Assembly (NCBI GenBank): GCA_963814585.1 | Contig: CAWFDF010000014.1 | Location: 352,001 to 416,000, forward strand | DNA: 64,000 nucleotides | Direction of reading: 5' to 3' | Origin: an uncultured delta proteobacterium | GTDB lineage: Bacteria > Myxococcota > Myxococcia > Myxococcales > Anaeromyxobacteraceae | Part shown: one piece after another, positions 41,870 to 52,542 of the stretch | Layout of the letters: each line of letters starts with the position of its first letter | How positions within the stretch are numbered: position 1 is the stretch's first letter | Program-made: the position numbers and the translations under genes | Notes under the pieces: model-generated | Databases searched by the model: none | What the model saw: only the letters and a program-made list of their open reading frames with translations | Told to the model about the DNA's origin: nothing

Positions 41870-43120
41870 TCAGCCATGATAGGCGAGGAACCGGGCGCGG
41901 CGCCGGGCGAAGGCCCGCTCCTCGGGAGCCATGGCCTCCACCAGGTCCCTGAGCGTCGCCCCGGCCTCGATGGCGGTCCGCTCCCGCGCCGATCCGCAGA
42001 GCAGGTCGAAGGCCGGCACGCCGTCGACGAACTCGTAGGTCTCGGTCCGCCAGCGGAACCGCTCCGGCGCCAGCGCCCGGGCGTGGAGCACGCAGGCCAG
42101 CCCGGTGCGGAAGGGTCGGAAGGCCTCGGCGTCGTGGACGTGCAGCTCGACACCGTGGCAGCGGTCGCCGGCATGCTTGTCCCAGGCCGGCGTGAAGCTG
42201 GCCGGCCGGAACCGGACTCCCGGGAGCCGCTCGCCCGCCAGCGCCTCGGCCAGCCGCCTCGGCTCGATCCAGGGCGCGCCGAAGAGCTCGAACGGCCGGG
42301 TGGTCCCACGCCCCTCGGAGAGGTTGGTCCCCTCCAGGAGGCACATCCCCGGGTAGACCAGCGCCGTCTCCGGCGTGGGCATGTTGGGTGACGGGAGGAC
42401 CCAGGGCAGCCCGGTGGCGCGGTGGCCCTGCTCCCGCCGCCAGCCCTGGCACGGCACCACGGTCAGGTCGAGGTCGAGCTGGCGCTCGGCGACGAAGAGC
42501 CGGGCCAGCTCCCCCACGGTCAGGCCGTGACGGGGCGCGAGGTCGTGCAGCCCGCAGAAGCTCTCGAACCCGGGGCGGAGCGCCGGCCCCTCCACGCGCA
42601 CCCCGCCGATGGGGTTGGGCCAATCCAGCACCACGAAGGCGATCCCGGCCCGGGCCGCCGCCTCCATGCAGAGCAGCATGGTGGCCTGGTAGGTGTAGTA
42701 GCGGGCGCCGACGTCCTGGATGTCGAAGCAGAGGGTGTCGAGCCCGTCCAGCGCCCCGGGGCCGGGCTGGAGCGAGTCGCGTGTCGCTCCATACAAGGAG
42801 TGAACGGCGAGCCCGGTGGCCTCGTCGACCTCGCCCTCCACCGCCGCCATGTACGGCGCATCGCCGCGGACGCCGTGCTCGGGACCGAAGAGCCTGGCGA
42901 GGGTCACGCCCGGCAGGGCGTGGAGCAGGTCGGCGGCATGGCGCAGCCGGCCGTCCACGGCGGTGGGGTTGCAGATCAGCCCGACGCGGCGGCCGCGCAG
43001 CGGTCCGCCCCGCGCGCCGAGCAGGACCTCCAGCCCGGCGCGGACCGGCCGGTCAGCGGCCTGGCCGGAGCGTGAAGCTGTACGAGGCCTGGCCCGGCTT
43101 CTTGGCGGGGGAGGTGGCAT
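41870..43120 (-). CDS. Exo-beta-N-acetylmuramidase NamZ family (DUF1343)
   Basis: GLICNPT, LFGPEHG, SLYG, FDIQDVGARYYTY, RHGLTVGE, PSPNMP, SEGRGTTRPFE; start codon uncertain. Confidence 0.9.
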   Translation of the reverse strand: MPPPPPRSRARPRTASRSGQAADRPVRAGLEVLLGARGGPLRGRRVGLICNPTAVDGRLRHAADLLHALPGVTLARLFGPEHGVRGDAPYMAAVEGEVDEATGLAVHSLYGATRDSLQPGPGALDGLDTLCFDIQDVGARYYTYQATMLLCMEAAARAGIAFVVLDWPNPIGGVRVEGPALRPGFESFCGLHDLAPRHGLTVGELARLFVAERQLDLDLTVVPCQGWRREQGHRATGLPWVLPSPNMPTPETALVYPGMCLLEGTNLSEGRGTTRPFELFGAPWIEPRRLAEALAGERLPGVRFRPASFTPAWDKHAGDRCHGVELHVHDAEAFRPFRTGLACVLHARALAPERFRWRTETYEFVDGVPAFDLLCGSARERTAIEAGATLRDLVEAMAPEERAFARRRARFLAYHG

Positions 43121-44501
43121 CCTTGAGGTTCCAGTAGGCGCAAGCCCGGACGTCGTCGTCGTGGAGGGTGTCCTCGATCACCTCGACGAGCGCGGCGCGC
43201 CCCGAGTCGTCGGTGGTCACCCGGAGGGTCAGCGTGCCCGCGAGGCCGGGCTGCTCCTGGAGCCGCCGGCGATAGGTCGTGTCGATGAGCGCTCCCACCG
43301 CTCGCTTCAGGGTCGGGACCTCGGCGGCGGCCTGGGCGCGGAGGTTGATGCGCTTCTCCGCCGCCGCGCGGTCGGCCTGGCCGGCCTCACCCGCCGCGCG
43401 CAGGTGCTCCAGCCCCTCGGTGAGACGCCCCGAGCCGGCCAGCAGCCGCCCCAGCCCCAGCCGGTTCTGGGGGTCCCGGGGATCCCGGGTGATGGCCTGC
43501 CGCAGGGCCCGCTCGGCCCCGGCGACGTCGCCGGCCTCCAGCCGGATCTCGGCGATTCGCCGCCACTCGGCGCTGGCGGGATCGAGCGCCGAGAGCCGCT
43601 CCAGCGACCGCTGCTCGGTGGCGGCGTCGCCGCAGCGCCGCGCCGCCTCGGCCAGCGCCGTGAGCGTCTCGGCGTCCTCCCGGAGGGCCAGGGCCGCCTG
43701 CCACTGGTCGCGCGCGGCCAGGGCCGCTCCTTGCCGGGCCAGCAGCCTGGCCAGCTTCACCCGAGAGGCCCGATCGCGCGGGCTGGCGGCGACGATCCTG
43801 GCGTGGAGCGCGGCCGTGGAGGCCAGCTCGCCGCGCGCCTCGGCCAGTCCGGCCAGCACCGCCAGCGCCGGCGCATGGCCCGGCGCCTCCCTCAGCGCGG
43901 CGTCGGCCTCGAGGCGGGCCGTCTCCTCGTCGCCGCGCGCCTGCGCCAGCCTGGCCAAGCCGGTGTGGGCCTCGACGCTGCCGGGATCGCTCGCCAGCAC
44001 CACCTGGTAGCCCGCGGTGGCCAGGCCCAGCAGCCCGCGCCGCTCGGCCACCATCGCCTCGGTGAGCCCGATGAGCCAGTTGGCCGGCTCCACCTCGCGG
44101 GCCACCTGCGTGGACCGGTCGATCTGGTCGAGCACGCCCCACTCCAGGTAGATGCGCCACATGGCCACCCAGGGGATGGCCGACTCCCGGAACTGGCCGG
44201 TCAGGAACCTCAGCTCGGCCCAGGTGTCCTCGTGGTGCGGCAGCGCATAGGCGGCCAGGACCTTCGGGCCCGGGTCCCTGGGGCTGGCGCTGGCGGCGGC
44301 CAGCCAGCGGCTCCGCTGCGCCGGGAGCTCGCCCAGCCTCCCGGCGTCGTCCACCAGGGTGAAGCCGCGGCTCACCTCGGCGAGCGTGAGCCTGGCCGCC
44401 TCGGGGCCGGGACCGCCCGCCTCCCCGGGCCCGGCCGCGGCGGCCAGCGGCGCCCCGATGCCGAGGACGAGCAGGAGCGTGGCCGGCAGGACGGCGGGCA
44501 T
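43053..44501 (-). CDS. Exported TPR protein with C-terminal TonB-C/AgmX-like domain
   Basis: Signal peptide, many TPR helices, YRRRLQEQPGLAGTLTLRV...VRAC...YSFTL. Confidence 0.75.
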   Translation of the reverse strand: MPAVLPATLLLVLGIGAPLAAAAGPGEAGGPGPEAARLTLAEVSRGFTLVDDAGRLGELPAQRSRWLAAASASPRDPGPKVLAAYALPHHEDTWAELRFLTGQFRESAIPWVAMWRIYLEWGVLDQIDRSTQVAREVEPANWLIGLTEAMVAERRGLLGLATAGYQVVLASDPGSVEAHTGLARLAQARGDEETARLEADAALREAPGHAPALAVLAGLAEARGELASTAALHARIVAASPRDRASRVKLARLLARQGAALAARDQWQAALALREDAETLTALAEAARRCGDAATEQRSLERLSALDPASAEWRRIAEIRLEAGDVAGAERALRQAITRDPRDPQNRLGLGRLLAGSGRLTEGLEHLRAAGEAGQADRAAAEKRINLRAQAAAEVPTLKRAVGALIDTTYRRRLQEQPGLAGTLTLRVTTDDSGRAALVEVIEDTLHDDDVRACAYWNLKDATSPAKKPGQASYSFTLRPGR

Positions 44502-44620
44502 CAGGTGATCCCCTCGGAGGCGAGCTGCTCCACTCTTACCCCGCTCCAGGACACGGCGCGACGTCGATCGCGCTCGCGCTCGCGCTGGCGTGGGACGCGC
44601 CGCCCTGCTACGACCGGTCC

Positions 44621-45073
44621 ATGCCGCCGTCCGCACCGCCGCGACTGGCTCGGCTCGCGCTCGCAGCGACGCTGGTCCATCTCGCCTTCGACACCGCCGG
44701 GCGCATCCTCACGGCCACCACCCCGCCGTACCTGCTGCTACCGTTCATGAGCGAGCTCTTCCGCGACATGCTCGGCCTGCTGGGAGCCAACGCCATCTCG
44801 GCGGTGACCTGCGCCATCAACGGGCTGGTCGCCGGGGTCTTCGCCACCGCCCTCTTCGAGGTGGAGCGGCGACGGCGCAAGCTCGCCCTGCTGCTGGCCG
44901 GGGTCTGGCTCCTCACCAGCGGCGCCATGTTCACCCTCTACCTCGCGGCGCCGTGGCCCGTGGCGCTCGGCAGCATGGCGTTCGGGCTCCCCCGCGCGGC
45001 GGCGCTCGCGTGGGTGCTGGAGCGGATGATGTCCCGGGTGGCCGAGGCCCCGCCCGGGGCCCCGGCGGCGTAG
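44621..45073 (+). CDS. Hypothetical four-TM membrane protein
   Basis: Hydrophobic 150-aa ORF with GC3 bias. Confidence 0.6.
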   Translation: MPPSAPPRLARLALAATLVHLAFDTAGRILTATTPPYLLLPFMSELFRDMLGLLGANAISAVTCAINGLVAGVFATALFEVERRRRKLALLLAGVWLLTSGAMFTLYLAAPWPVALGSMAFGLPRAAALAWVLERMMSRVAEAPPGAPAA

Positions 45074-45121
45074 GATTTTCGTCGCTGCAAAGTTTTCGCA
45101 AAGGGCATTAAGGTACGCCCG

Positions 45122-45954
45122 ATGACGGTCCCCGCCTCGGAAAGCCAGCGGCACGAGGGCCTCGCCCCCGGCGCGACCCTGGTCCCGAGTCCCCTGGCCC
45201 CGGCCGGCGGGGACTCGCTGGTCCTGGAGACGCGCGGGCTCACCAAGAGCTTCCGAGGCTTCCTGGCCGTGGCCGGCGTGGATCTGAAGGTCCGGCGCGG
45301 CACCATCCACGCCCTCATCGGACCCAACGGCGCCGGCAAGACCACCGTCTTCAACCTGCTCACCAAGTTCATCCAGCCCAGCGCCGGCACCATCCACTAC
45401 CGCGGGCGCGACATCACCCGCTCCCGGCCGGCCGACGTGGCCCGCGAGGGCATGGTCCGCTCCTTCCAGGTCTCGGCGGTCTTCCCCAACCTGACGGTGC
45501 TGGAGAACGTGCGGGTCGCCCTGCAGCGCCCGCTCGGCACCTCCTTCCACTTCTGGAAGAGCGACCACACGCTCCGGGCCTTGCACGGCCGGGTCGAGGA
45601 GCTGCTGGAGTCGGTCGACCTCGCCGCCCACCGCGACGTGGTGGCGGTGGAGCTGCCCTACGGGCGCAAGCGAGCGCTGGAGCTGGCCACCACGCTGGCG
45701 CTCGACCCCGAGCTGCTGCTGCTCGACGAGCCCACCCAGGGCATGGGCCACGAGGACGTGGGCCGGGTGGTGGAGCTGATCCGGCGGGTCGCCGAGCGGC
45801 GCACCGTCCTCATGGTGGAGCACAACCTCTCGGTGGTCGCCGACCTCTGCCACGTCATCACCGTCCTGCAGCGCGGCGCCATCCTCGCCGAGGGGCCCTA
45901 CGCCGAGGTCTCCACCGACCCCCGGGTGCTCGAGGCCTACATCGGGGTGCCGGA

Positions 45955-45958
<4 letters not shown>
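45122..45958 (+). CDS. Liv-type ABC transporter ATPase (LivG-like)
   Basis: [25 protein letters not shown]. Confidence 0.92.
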
Positions 45959-46680
<722 letters not shown>

Positions 46681-46710
46681 TTGCCCCCCCCGATGGAAGA
46701 GAGGTCCGTG

Positions 46711-47937
46711 ATGAGAGCGTTCGCATCCCTCCTGATGGCCATGGCGTTGCTCACCCTCCCCGCCGCCGCAGGCGCCGCCGACAAGGTCTCCGACGGCGTG
46801 GTCAAGCTCGGCGTGCTCAGCGACATGACCGGCTACTACTCCGACCTGGCCGGTCCCGGCTCGGTGCTCGCGGTCAAGATGGCGGTGGCCGACTTCGGCG
46901 GCAAGGTGCTGGGGAAGCCCGTCGAGGTGATCTCCGCCGACCACCAGAACAAGGCCGACATCGCCTCCAACACCGCGCGCAAGTGGTTCGACGAGGAGAA
47001 GGTCGACGCCATCGTCGACCTGGTGTCCTCCTCGACGGCCGGCGCGGTGATGCCGGTCGCGCGCGAGAAGAAGCGCATCACCCTGCTCTCCGGCCCCGCC
47101 ACCACCAAGTTCACCGGGTCGGACTGCACCCCCTACAACGTCCACTACACCTACAACAACTGGGCCCTCGCCAACGGGACCGCCGGCGAGCTGGTGAAGC
47201 AGGGTGGCGACTCCTGGTTCTTCGTCACCGCCGACTACGTCTTCGGCAAGTCGCTGGAGGAGGAGGCCACCAAGGTCGTGAAGGCGGCCGGCGGCAAGGT
47301 GCTCGGCTCGGCCCGCCACCCCTCGCCCGGCAACACCGACTTCTCCAGCTACCTGCTCCAGGCCCAGGCCTCCGGCGCCAAGATCATCGGCATGGCCAAC
47401 GCCGGCGGCGACACCGTGAACACCGTGAAGCAGGCCAAGGAGTTCGGTGTCTACCCCAAGCAGAACCTGGCCGGGCTGCTGGTCTTCATCACCGAGGTCC
47501 ACGCGCTCGGCCTGGAGGCCGCCAAGGGCCTGTACCTGACCGAGGCCTTCTACTGGGACCTGAACGACGCCACCCGGGCCTGGTCGAAGAAGTTCCAGTC
47601 CCACCCCGACAACAAGAAGCAGTACATGCCCACCATGGTCCAGGCCGGCCTCTACTCGGCCGTCACCAACTACCTGAAGGCCATGCAGGCGGCCGGGACC
47701 GACGACGCCGACGCCGTCATCGCCAAGATGAAGGCCACCCCGGTGGACGACTTCTTCGGCAAGGGCGTCATCGGGCCCGACGGGCTCTTCCGCCACGACA
47801 TGTACCTGTTCCAGGTGAAGACCCCGGCGGAGTCGAAGGGCCCCTGGGACTACTACAAGGTGGTGAAGCGGATCCCGGCCGCGGCGGCGTTCCCGTCGGT
47901 CGAGCTGCAGGCCTGCCCGCTGGTCGCCAAGAAGTAG
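46711..47937 (+). CDS. Liv-type ABC substrate-binding protein
   Basis: Signal peptide, VKLGVLSDMTG, ADHQNKAD, WFFVTADY, FYWD. Confidence 0.92.
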   Translation: MRAFASLLMAMALLTLPAAAGAADKVSDGVVKLGVLSDMTGYYSDLAGPGSVLAVKMAVADFGGKVLGKPVEVISADHQNKADIASNTARKWFDEEKVDAIVDLVSSSTAGAVMPVAREKKRITLLSGPATTKFTGSDCTPYNVHYTYNNWALANGTAGELVKQGGDSWFFVTADYVFGKSLEEEATKVVKAAGGKVLGSARHPSPGNTDFSSYLLQAQASGAKIIGMANAGGDTVNTVKQAKEFGVYPKQNLAGLLVFITEVHALGLEAAKGLYLTEAFYWDLNDATRAWSKKFQSHPDNKKQYMPTMVQAGLYSAVTNYLKAMQAAGTDDADAVIAKMKATPVDDFFGKGVIGPDGLFRHDMYLFQVKTPAESKGPWDYYKVVKRIPAAAAFPSVELQACPLVAKK

Positions 47938-47958
47938 CCGATCGAGGGGAGGGGCCGC

Positions 47959-48822
47959 ATGCAGGCGCTCTACGGACAGCTGCTGGTGGGGCTCATCAAC
48001 GGCTCGTTCTACGCCCTGCTCTCGCTGGGGCTGGCCGTCATCTTCGGCCTGGTCAACGTCGTCAACTTCGCCCACGGGGCCCTCTACATGACGGGGGCCT
48101 TCGTGGCCTGGCTGGGGCTGAGCCAGCTGGGGATCGGCTACTGGCCGGCCCTGCTGCTCTCACCGCTGGTGGTCGGCCTGCTCGGCATGGTGGTGGAGCG
48201 CACCATGCTGCGCAGGCTCTACCAGCTCGACAACCTCTACGGCCTCCTCCTCACCTTCGGCCTCACCCTGATCGTGGAGGGGCTCTTCCACCACGCCTAC
48301 GGCAACTCGGGGAGCTCCTACCCGGTGCCGGAGGCGCTGCAGGGCGGCGCCAACCTCGGCTTCATGTACCTGCCCAGGTACCGGGCCTGGGTGCTGCTGG
48401 TCTCGCTGGCGGTCTGCTTCGGAAGCTGGTTCGTCATCGAGCGGACCCGGCTGGGCGCCTACCTGCGGGCCGGCACCGAGAACCCCAGGCTGCTGCAGGC
48501 CTTCGGCGTCAACGTCCCGCTCATGATGACCCTCACCTTCGGGTTCGGCGTGGCCCTGGCCGGGTTCGCGGGGGTGATGGCGGCCCCCATCTACCAGGTG
48601 AGCCCTTCCATGGGCTCCTCGCTGATCATCGTGGTCTTCGCCGTGGTGGTCATCGGCGGCATGGGCTCGATCCTCGGCTCCATCGTCACCGGCCTCGGGC
48701 TGGGGCTGGTGGAGGGGCTGACCAAGTTCGTCTACCCGCCGGCCGCCTCGACGGTGGTCTTCGCCATCATGGCGGTGGTGCTGCTGCTCCGGCCGGCCGG
48801 GCTGTTCGGGAGGGAGACGTGA
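47959..48822 (+). CDS. Liv-type ABC permease (LivH-like)
   Basis: GLAVIFGLVNVVNFAHG, VVVIGGMGS, RPAGLFG. Confidence 0.92.
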   Translation: MQALYGQLLVGLINGSFYALLSLGLAVIFGLVNVVNFAHGALYMTGAFVAWLGLSQLGIGYWPALLLSPLVVGLLGMVVERTMLRRLYQLDNLYGLLLTFGLTLIVEGLFHHAYGNSGSSYPVPEALQGGANLGFMYLPRYRAWVLLVSLAVCFGSWFVIERTRLGAYLRAGTENPRLLQAFGVNVPLMMTLTFGFGVALAGFAGVMAAPIYQVSPSMGSSLIIVVFAVVVIGGMGSILGSIVTGLGLGLVEGLTKFVYPPAASTVVFAIMAVVLLLRPAGLFGRET

Positions 48823-49802
48823 GCGGTCCACCCGGGATCCAGGAGGCCCGCGCCGCCTGGCGGGCCGGCGTCATCACGCCCGGCCGGAAGCGGGCCTTCT
48901 TCGTCGCCATGGGGCTGCTGGGCCTGGTCATGCCGCTGGCCGTCTACCCGGTCTTCCTCATGAACGTGCTCTGCATGGCGCTCTTCGCCAGCGCCTTCAA
49001 CCTGCTGCTCGGCTACACCGGCCTGCTCTCCTTCGGCCACGCCGCCTTCCTGGGGAGCGCCGGCTACGTGACCGGCCACGTGCTCAAGGTGTGGGGCTGG
49101 CCGCCGGAGGCGGGGCTGCTGGCCGGCACCGCGGTGGCCACGCTGCTGGGCGTCTTCATCGGCGGGCTGGCCATCCGCCGCTCCGGCATCTACTTCGCGA
49201 TGATCACCCTGGGCTTCGCCCAGATGATCTACTTCCTCGCCGTCCAGCTCCCATTCACCGGCGGCGAGGACGGCCTGCAGGGGATCCCGCGCGGCACGCT
49301 GCTGGGCCTGGTCCCACTGGATCGACCGCTCCCCCTCTACTACGTGGTCTACGCCATCTTCCTGCTCGGCTTCTTCCTCATCTACCGGACCATCCACTCC
49401 CCCTTCGGGCACGTGCTGCGCTCCATCCGGGAGAACGAGCCGCGCGCCCTCTCGCTCGGCTACGACGTCGACCGCTACAAGCTGGTGGCCTTCGTCATCT
49501 CGGCCGGGCTCTCCGGCCTGGCCGGCGCCACCAAGGCGCTGGTGCTGCAGTTCGCCACGCTCACCGATGCCCACTGGCACAAGTCGGGCGAGGTGGTGCT
49601 GATGACGCTGCTGGGCGGCATGGGCACGGTGATGGGCCCCTCGGTGGGCGCCCTGGTGGTGGTGACCATGGAGAACTACCTCTCCGGGTTCGGAGACTGG
49701 GTGACGGTGATCATCGGCAGCGTCTTCGTGGTGGGCGTGCTGGCCTTCCGGCGCGGCTTCGTCGGCGAGGCCCTCCGCCTGGCCCGCAGCTTCCCCTTCT
49801 AG
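48819..49802 (+). CDS. Liv-type ABC permease (LivM-like)
   Basis: FNLLLGYTGLLSFGHAAF, YFAMITL, TGGEDG, IRENE; GTGA overlap with the upstream gene. Confidence 0.92.
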   Translation: MSGPPGIQEARAAWRAGVITPGRKRAFFVAMGLLGLVMPLAVYPVFLMNVLCMALFASAFNLLLGYTGLLSFGHAAFLGSAGYVTGHVLKVWGWPPEAGLLAGTAVATLLGVFIGGLAIRRSGIYFAMITLGFAQMIYFLAVQLPFTGGEDGLQGIPRGTLLGLVPLDRPLPLYYVVYAIFLLGFFLIYRTIHSPFGHVLRSIRENEPRALSLGYDVDRYKLVAFVISAGLSGLAGATKALVLQFATLTDAHWHKSGEVVLMTLLGGMGTVMGPSVGALVVVTMENYLSGFGDWVTVIIGSVFVVGVLAFRRGFVGEALRLARSFPF

Positions 49803-49820
49803 GACCGCGGAGGCCTCCCC

Positions 49821-50606
49821 GTGAGCAAGCCCCTCGAGCAGCGCGTCGCCTTCCTCACCGGCGCGGCCGGCGGCATCGGGCTGCAGGTGGCCATCGACCT
49901 GGGGCGGCAGGGGGCGCGACTGGCGCTCTCCGACCGCCCCGGCCCGGCGCTCGACGCCGCGGTGGCCCGGCTGACCGGGGACGGGCTGGAGGCGATGGCC
50001 ATCCCCTGCGACGTGACCCGCGAGGCCGAGCTCGACGGCGCCATCGACGCCGCCGCGGCGAGGTGGGGCCGGCTCGACATCCTCGTCAACAACGCCGGCC
50101 TGCAGCACGTCGCTCCCATCGAGGAGTTCCCGGCCGAGCGGTTCGAGCTGCTCCTCAAGGTGATGCTGGTGGCGCCGTTCCTCGCCATCAAGCGGGTCTT
50201 CCCGCTCATGAAGCAGCGGCGCTGGGGGCGCGTCATCAACGTCGCCTCGATCAACGGGCTGGTCGGCTTCGCCGGGAAGGCCGGCTACAACTCCGCCAAG
50301 CACGGACTCCTCGGCCTGACCAAGGTGGCGGCGCTGGAGGGGGCCCCCCACGGCATCGCCGTGAACGCCCTCTGCCCGGGCTACGTCGACACGCCGCTGG
50401 TCCGGAACCAGCTGGGCGACCTGGCCCGCACCCGCGGCGTGGCGCTGGAGAAGGTGCTGGAGGAGGTGATCTACCCGCTGGTGCCGCAGCGCAGGCTGCT
50501 CTCGGTCGAGGAGATCGGCGCGGCGGTGGTCTACCTGACCAGCGAGCTGGCCGGCGGCGTCACCGGCGTACCCTTCATCATCGACGGCGGCTACGTGGCG
50601 CAGTAG
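49821..50606 (+). CDS. 3-hydroxybutyrate dehydrogenase (SDR)
   Basis: TGAAGGIG, NNAGLQHVAPIEEFP, YNSAKHG, CPGYVDTPLVRNQ. Confidence 0.85.
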   Translation: MSKPLEQRVAFLTGAAGGIGLQVAIDLGRQGARLALSDRPGPALDAAVARLTGDGLEAMAIPCDVTREAELDGAIDAAAARWGRLDILVNNAGLQHVAPIEEFPAERFELLLKVMLVAPFLAIKRVFPLMKQRRWGRVINVASINGLVGFAGKAGYNSAKHGLLGLTKVAALEGAPHGIAVNALCPGYVDTPLVRNQLGDLARTRGVALEKVLEEVIYPLVPQRRLLSVEEIGAAVVYLTSELAGGVTGVPFIIDGGYVAQ

Positions 50607-50703
50607 TGACGACCTCCTCTCGCTCCGGCTGGACGGCGATGGTCCCGAGCTTCCACCGCGGGGCCGCCTCCCCGGCGCTCCTGGGCGCGTGATCTGGACC
50701 CCG

Positions 50704-51552
50704 ATGCCTGAGCGCCTGTTCCTCGACCCGGCGCGCCGGCTGCGAAGCGGGTGGTGGATCGCCGTCTTCTTCGTGGCCCTCGCCGGCCTGCTCGTTCCAT
50801 GGCTGCACCTGGCGCGCCGGCGCGGCCATGACGTCTCCCTGTACGAGCAGGCGGCCGTGGTCCTGGCGGCCTCCTTGATCTGCCAGGGACTGCGGCGACG
50901 GCCCCTGGCGGGCCTCCTGGGGCCGATGGACTGGAGCTGGCCGCGGCAGCTGCTCTCGGGCGCGGTGGGCGGTGCCCTGCTGATGGCCGTCCCGGCGCTG
51001 GTGCTCGGCCTGGCCGGCGCGGTGAGCTGGCGGCTCGACGCGGCGGGATCCGCTGCCGTCTGGCCTGCCCTCGGGCTCCTCGCGGCGGCAGCGGCCACGG
51101 AGGAGCTGCTGTTTCGAGGCTTCCTGTTCCAGCGTCTGCTCGACGGCCTGGGCGAGTGGCCGGCGCAGCTGGTCATCGCAGCGCTGTTCGTGCTCACCCA
51201 TTCCGATGCGCTGCGAGCCCACGGTGCCCTGGGCCTGCTCGCCGGCGCGAACATCTTCCTGGCCTCGGTGGCGCTCGGCCTGGCCTACCTCCGCACCCGG
51301 AGCCTGGCCATGCCGCTGGGCCTGCATCTCGCCGCCAACGTCATGCAGGGCCCCGTCCTCGGCTTCGGCGTGAGCGGAGGCGTGGCACCTGGCCTCCTGA
51401 TCGCCATGCCTGGCGGTGCCCCGGACTGGCTGCACGGCGGGACGTTCGGGCTCGAGGCCAGCGTCCCGGGTCTGGTTGGCGTGGTCGCGCTGCTCGCCAT
51501 CCTGTGGCGCCGGCGTCCGTCGCCTGGGGGTGCGGGCCCTCGCGACGGGTGA
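50704..51552 (+). CDS. CPBP family intramembrane endopeptidase
   Basis: EELLFRG, FVLTH, HLAAN, GGTFGLEAS. Confidence 0.87.
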   Translation: MPERLFLDPARRLRSGWWIAVFFVALAGLLVPWLHLARRRGHDVSLYEQAAVVLAASLICQGLRRRPLAGLLGPMDWSWPRQLLSGAVGGALLMAVPALVLGLAGAVSWRLDAAGSAAVWPALGLLAAAAATEELLFRGFLFQRLLDGLGEWPAQLVIAALFVLTHSDALRAHGALGLLAGANIFLASVALGLAYLRTRSLAMPLGLHLAANVMQGPVLGFGVSGGVAPGLLIAMPGGAPDWLHGGTFGLEASVPGLVGVVALLAILWRRRPSPGGAGPRDG

Positions 51553-51631
51553 CCCATCCCGGTGTGGCCCGCCGGTGGCACGAGCGCCTGGCGGTGGCCG
51601 CAGCGCTCGAGGGCCGCCTCGCCAGGCCGAT

Positions 51632-52447
51632 TCAGCGGCCGCTCGGTCGCAGCGGCCGCAGCTCGCGCCTCGGCCTCGCCTCGGCCTCGCGTGCCCGCTC
51701 CTCGGCGCGGCGGGCCTGCTCGGCAAGCCCGTTGCGGCCGCAGAAGGCGGCCAGCCGCCGCCACCCCTCCGGGCGGTCCGGGCTCGCCTCCGCCAGCGCG
51801 CGCAGCTCGGCCTCGGCCTCGGGCAGGCGCCCGACGGCCTCGTAGTGCTCGGCCAGGCGGGCGCGCCCCGCCGCGCTTCCCGGGGTGGCGAGGCGGAGGC
51901 GCTCCAGCTCGTCGATGGCCTCGGCATCCCGCCCGAGCCGCTCCAGCGACAGCGCTCGCCGCAGCCGCAGCTCGGGATCCTCGGCCACCGCGAGCTGGCG
52001 GGCATAGGCCGCCTGGGCCGTCTCGGCATCGCCGCGCAGCTCGGCCAGCCGCCCCAGCGCCCCGTCGCGCCGCGGATGACCGGCGGGGAGGGCCAGCAGC
52101 ATGGCCCCGGCCCGCTCCAGGTCGGCCTGCTCGGCCAGCAGCAGGTCGGCCAGCTCGAAGCAGACCTCGGGGTCGTGCGGCGCCAGCGCCGCGGCCTGCT
52201 CGAGGTGGCGGAGCGCGCTGGCCCGATCCCCCTGGTCCCTGAGCTGCCGGGCGCTGGCCCGCAACCGCTCGGCGCGCGGCCCGGCGTCGGCCGTTCGATC
52301 GAGCCGATCGGCTCCCCTGGCCAGGACCGCGCAGGTGGGCGTCCCGGCCGGGGCACCGACCGGACTCGACGGGGCAGCAGGCGTGCTGGCGCAGCCGGAC
52401 AGGGCGAGGAGCGCGACGGCACCGGCGAGATCGGGGAAGCGGCTCAC
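51632..52447 (-). CDS. TPR lipoprotein
   Basis: GTG start 6 nt after TATCAT; lipobox LALSGC; TPR helices. Confidence 0.75.
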   Translation of the reverse strand: MSRFPDLAGAVALLALSGCASTPAAPSSPVGAPAGTPTCAVLARGADRLDRTADAGPRAERLRASARQLRDQGDRASALRHLEQAAALAPHDPEVCFELADLLLAEQADLERAGAMLLALPAGHPRRDGALGRLAELRGDAETAQAAYARQLAVAEDPELRLRRALSLERLGRDAEAIDELERLRLATPGSAAGRARLAEHYEAVGRLPEAEAELRALAEASPDRPEGWRRLAAFCGRNGLAEQARRAEERAREAEARPRRELRPLRPSGR

Positions 52448-52542
52448 CGGCGCATGATAGCCGCCACCGGGTGGCCCGCCAGCCCCCGGGTCCACCCGGT
52501 GGCGCGGCGCCTCGAGACACGATAGGACCCGGCCCTCACCGC

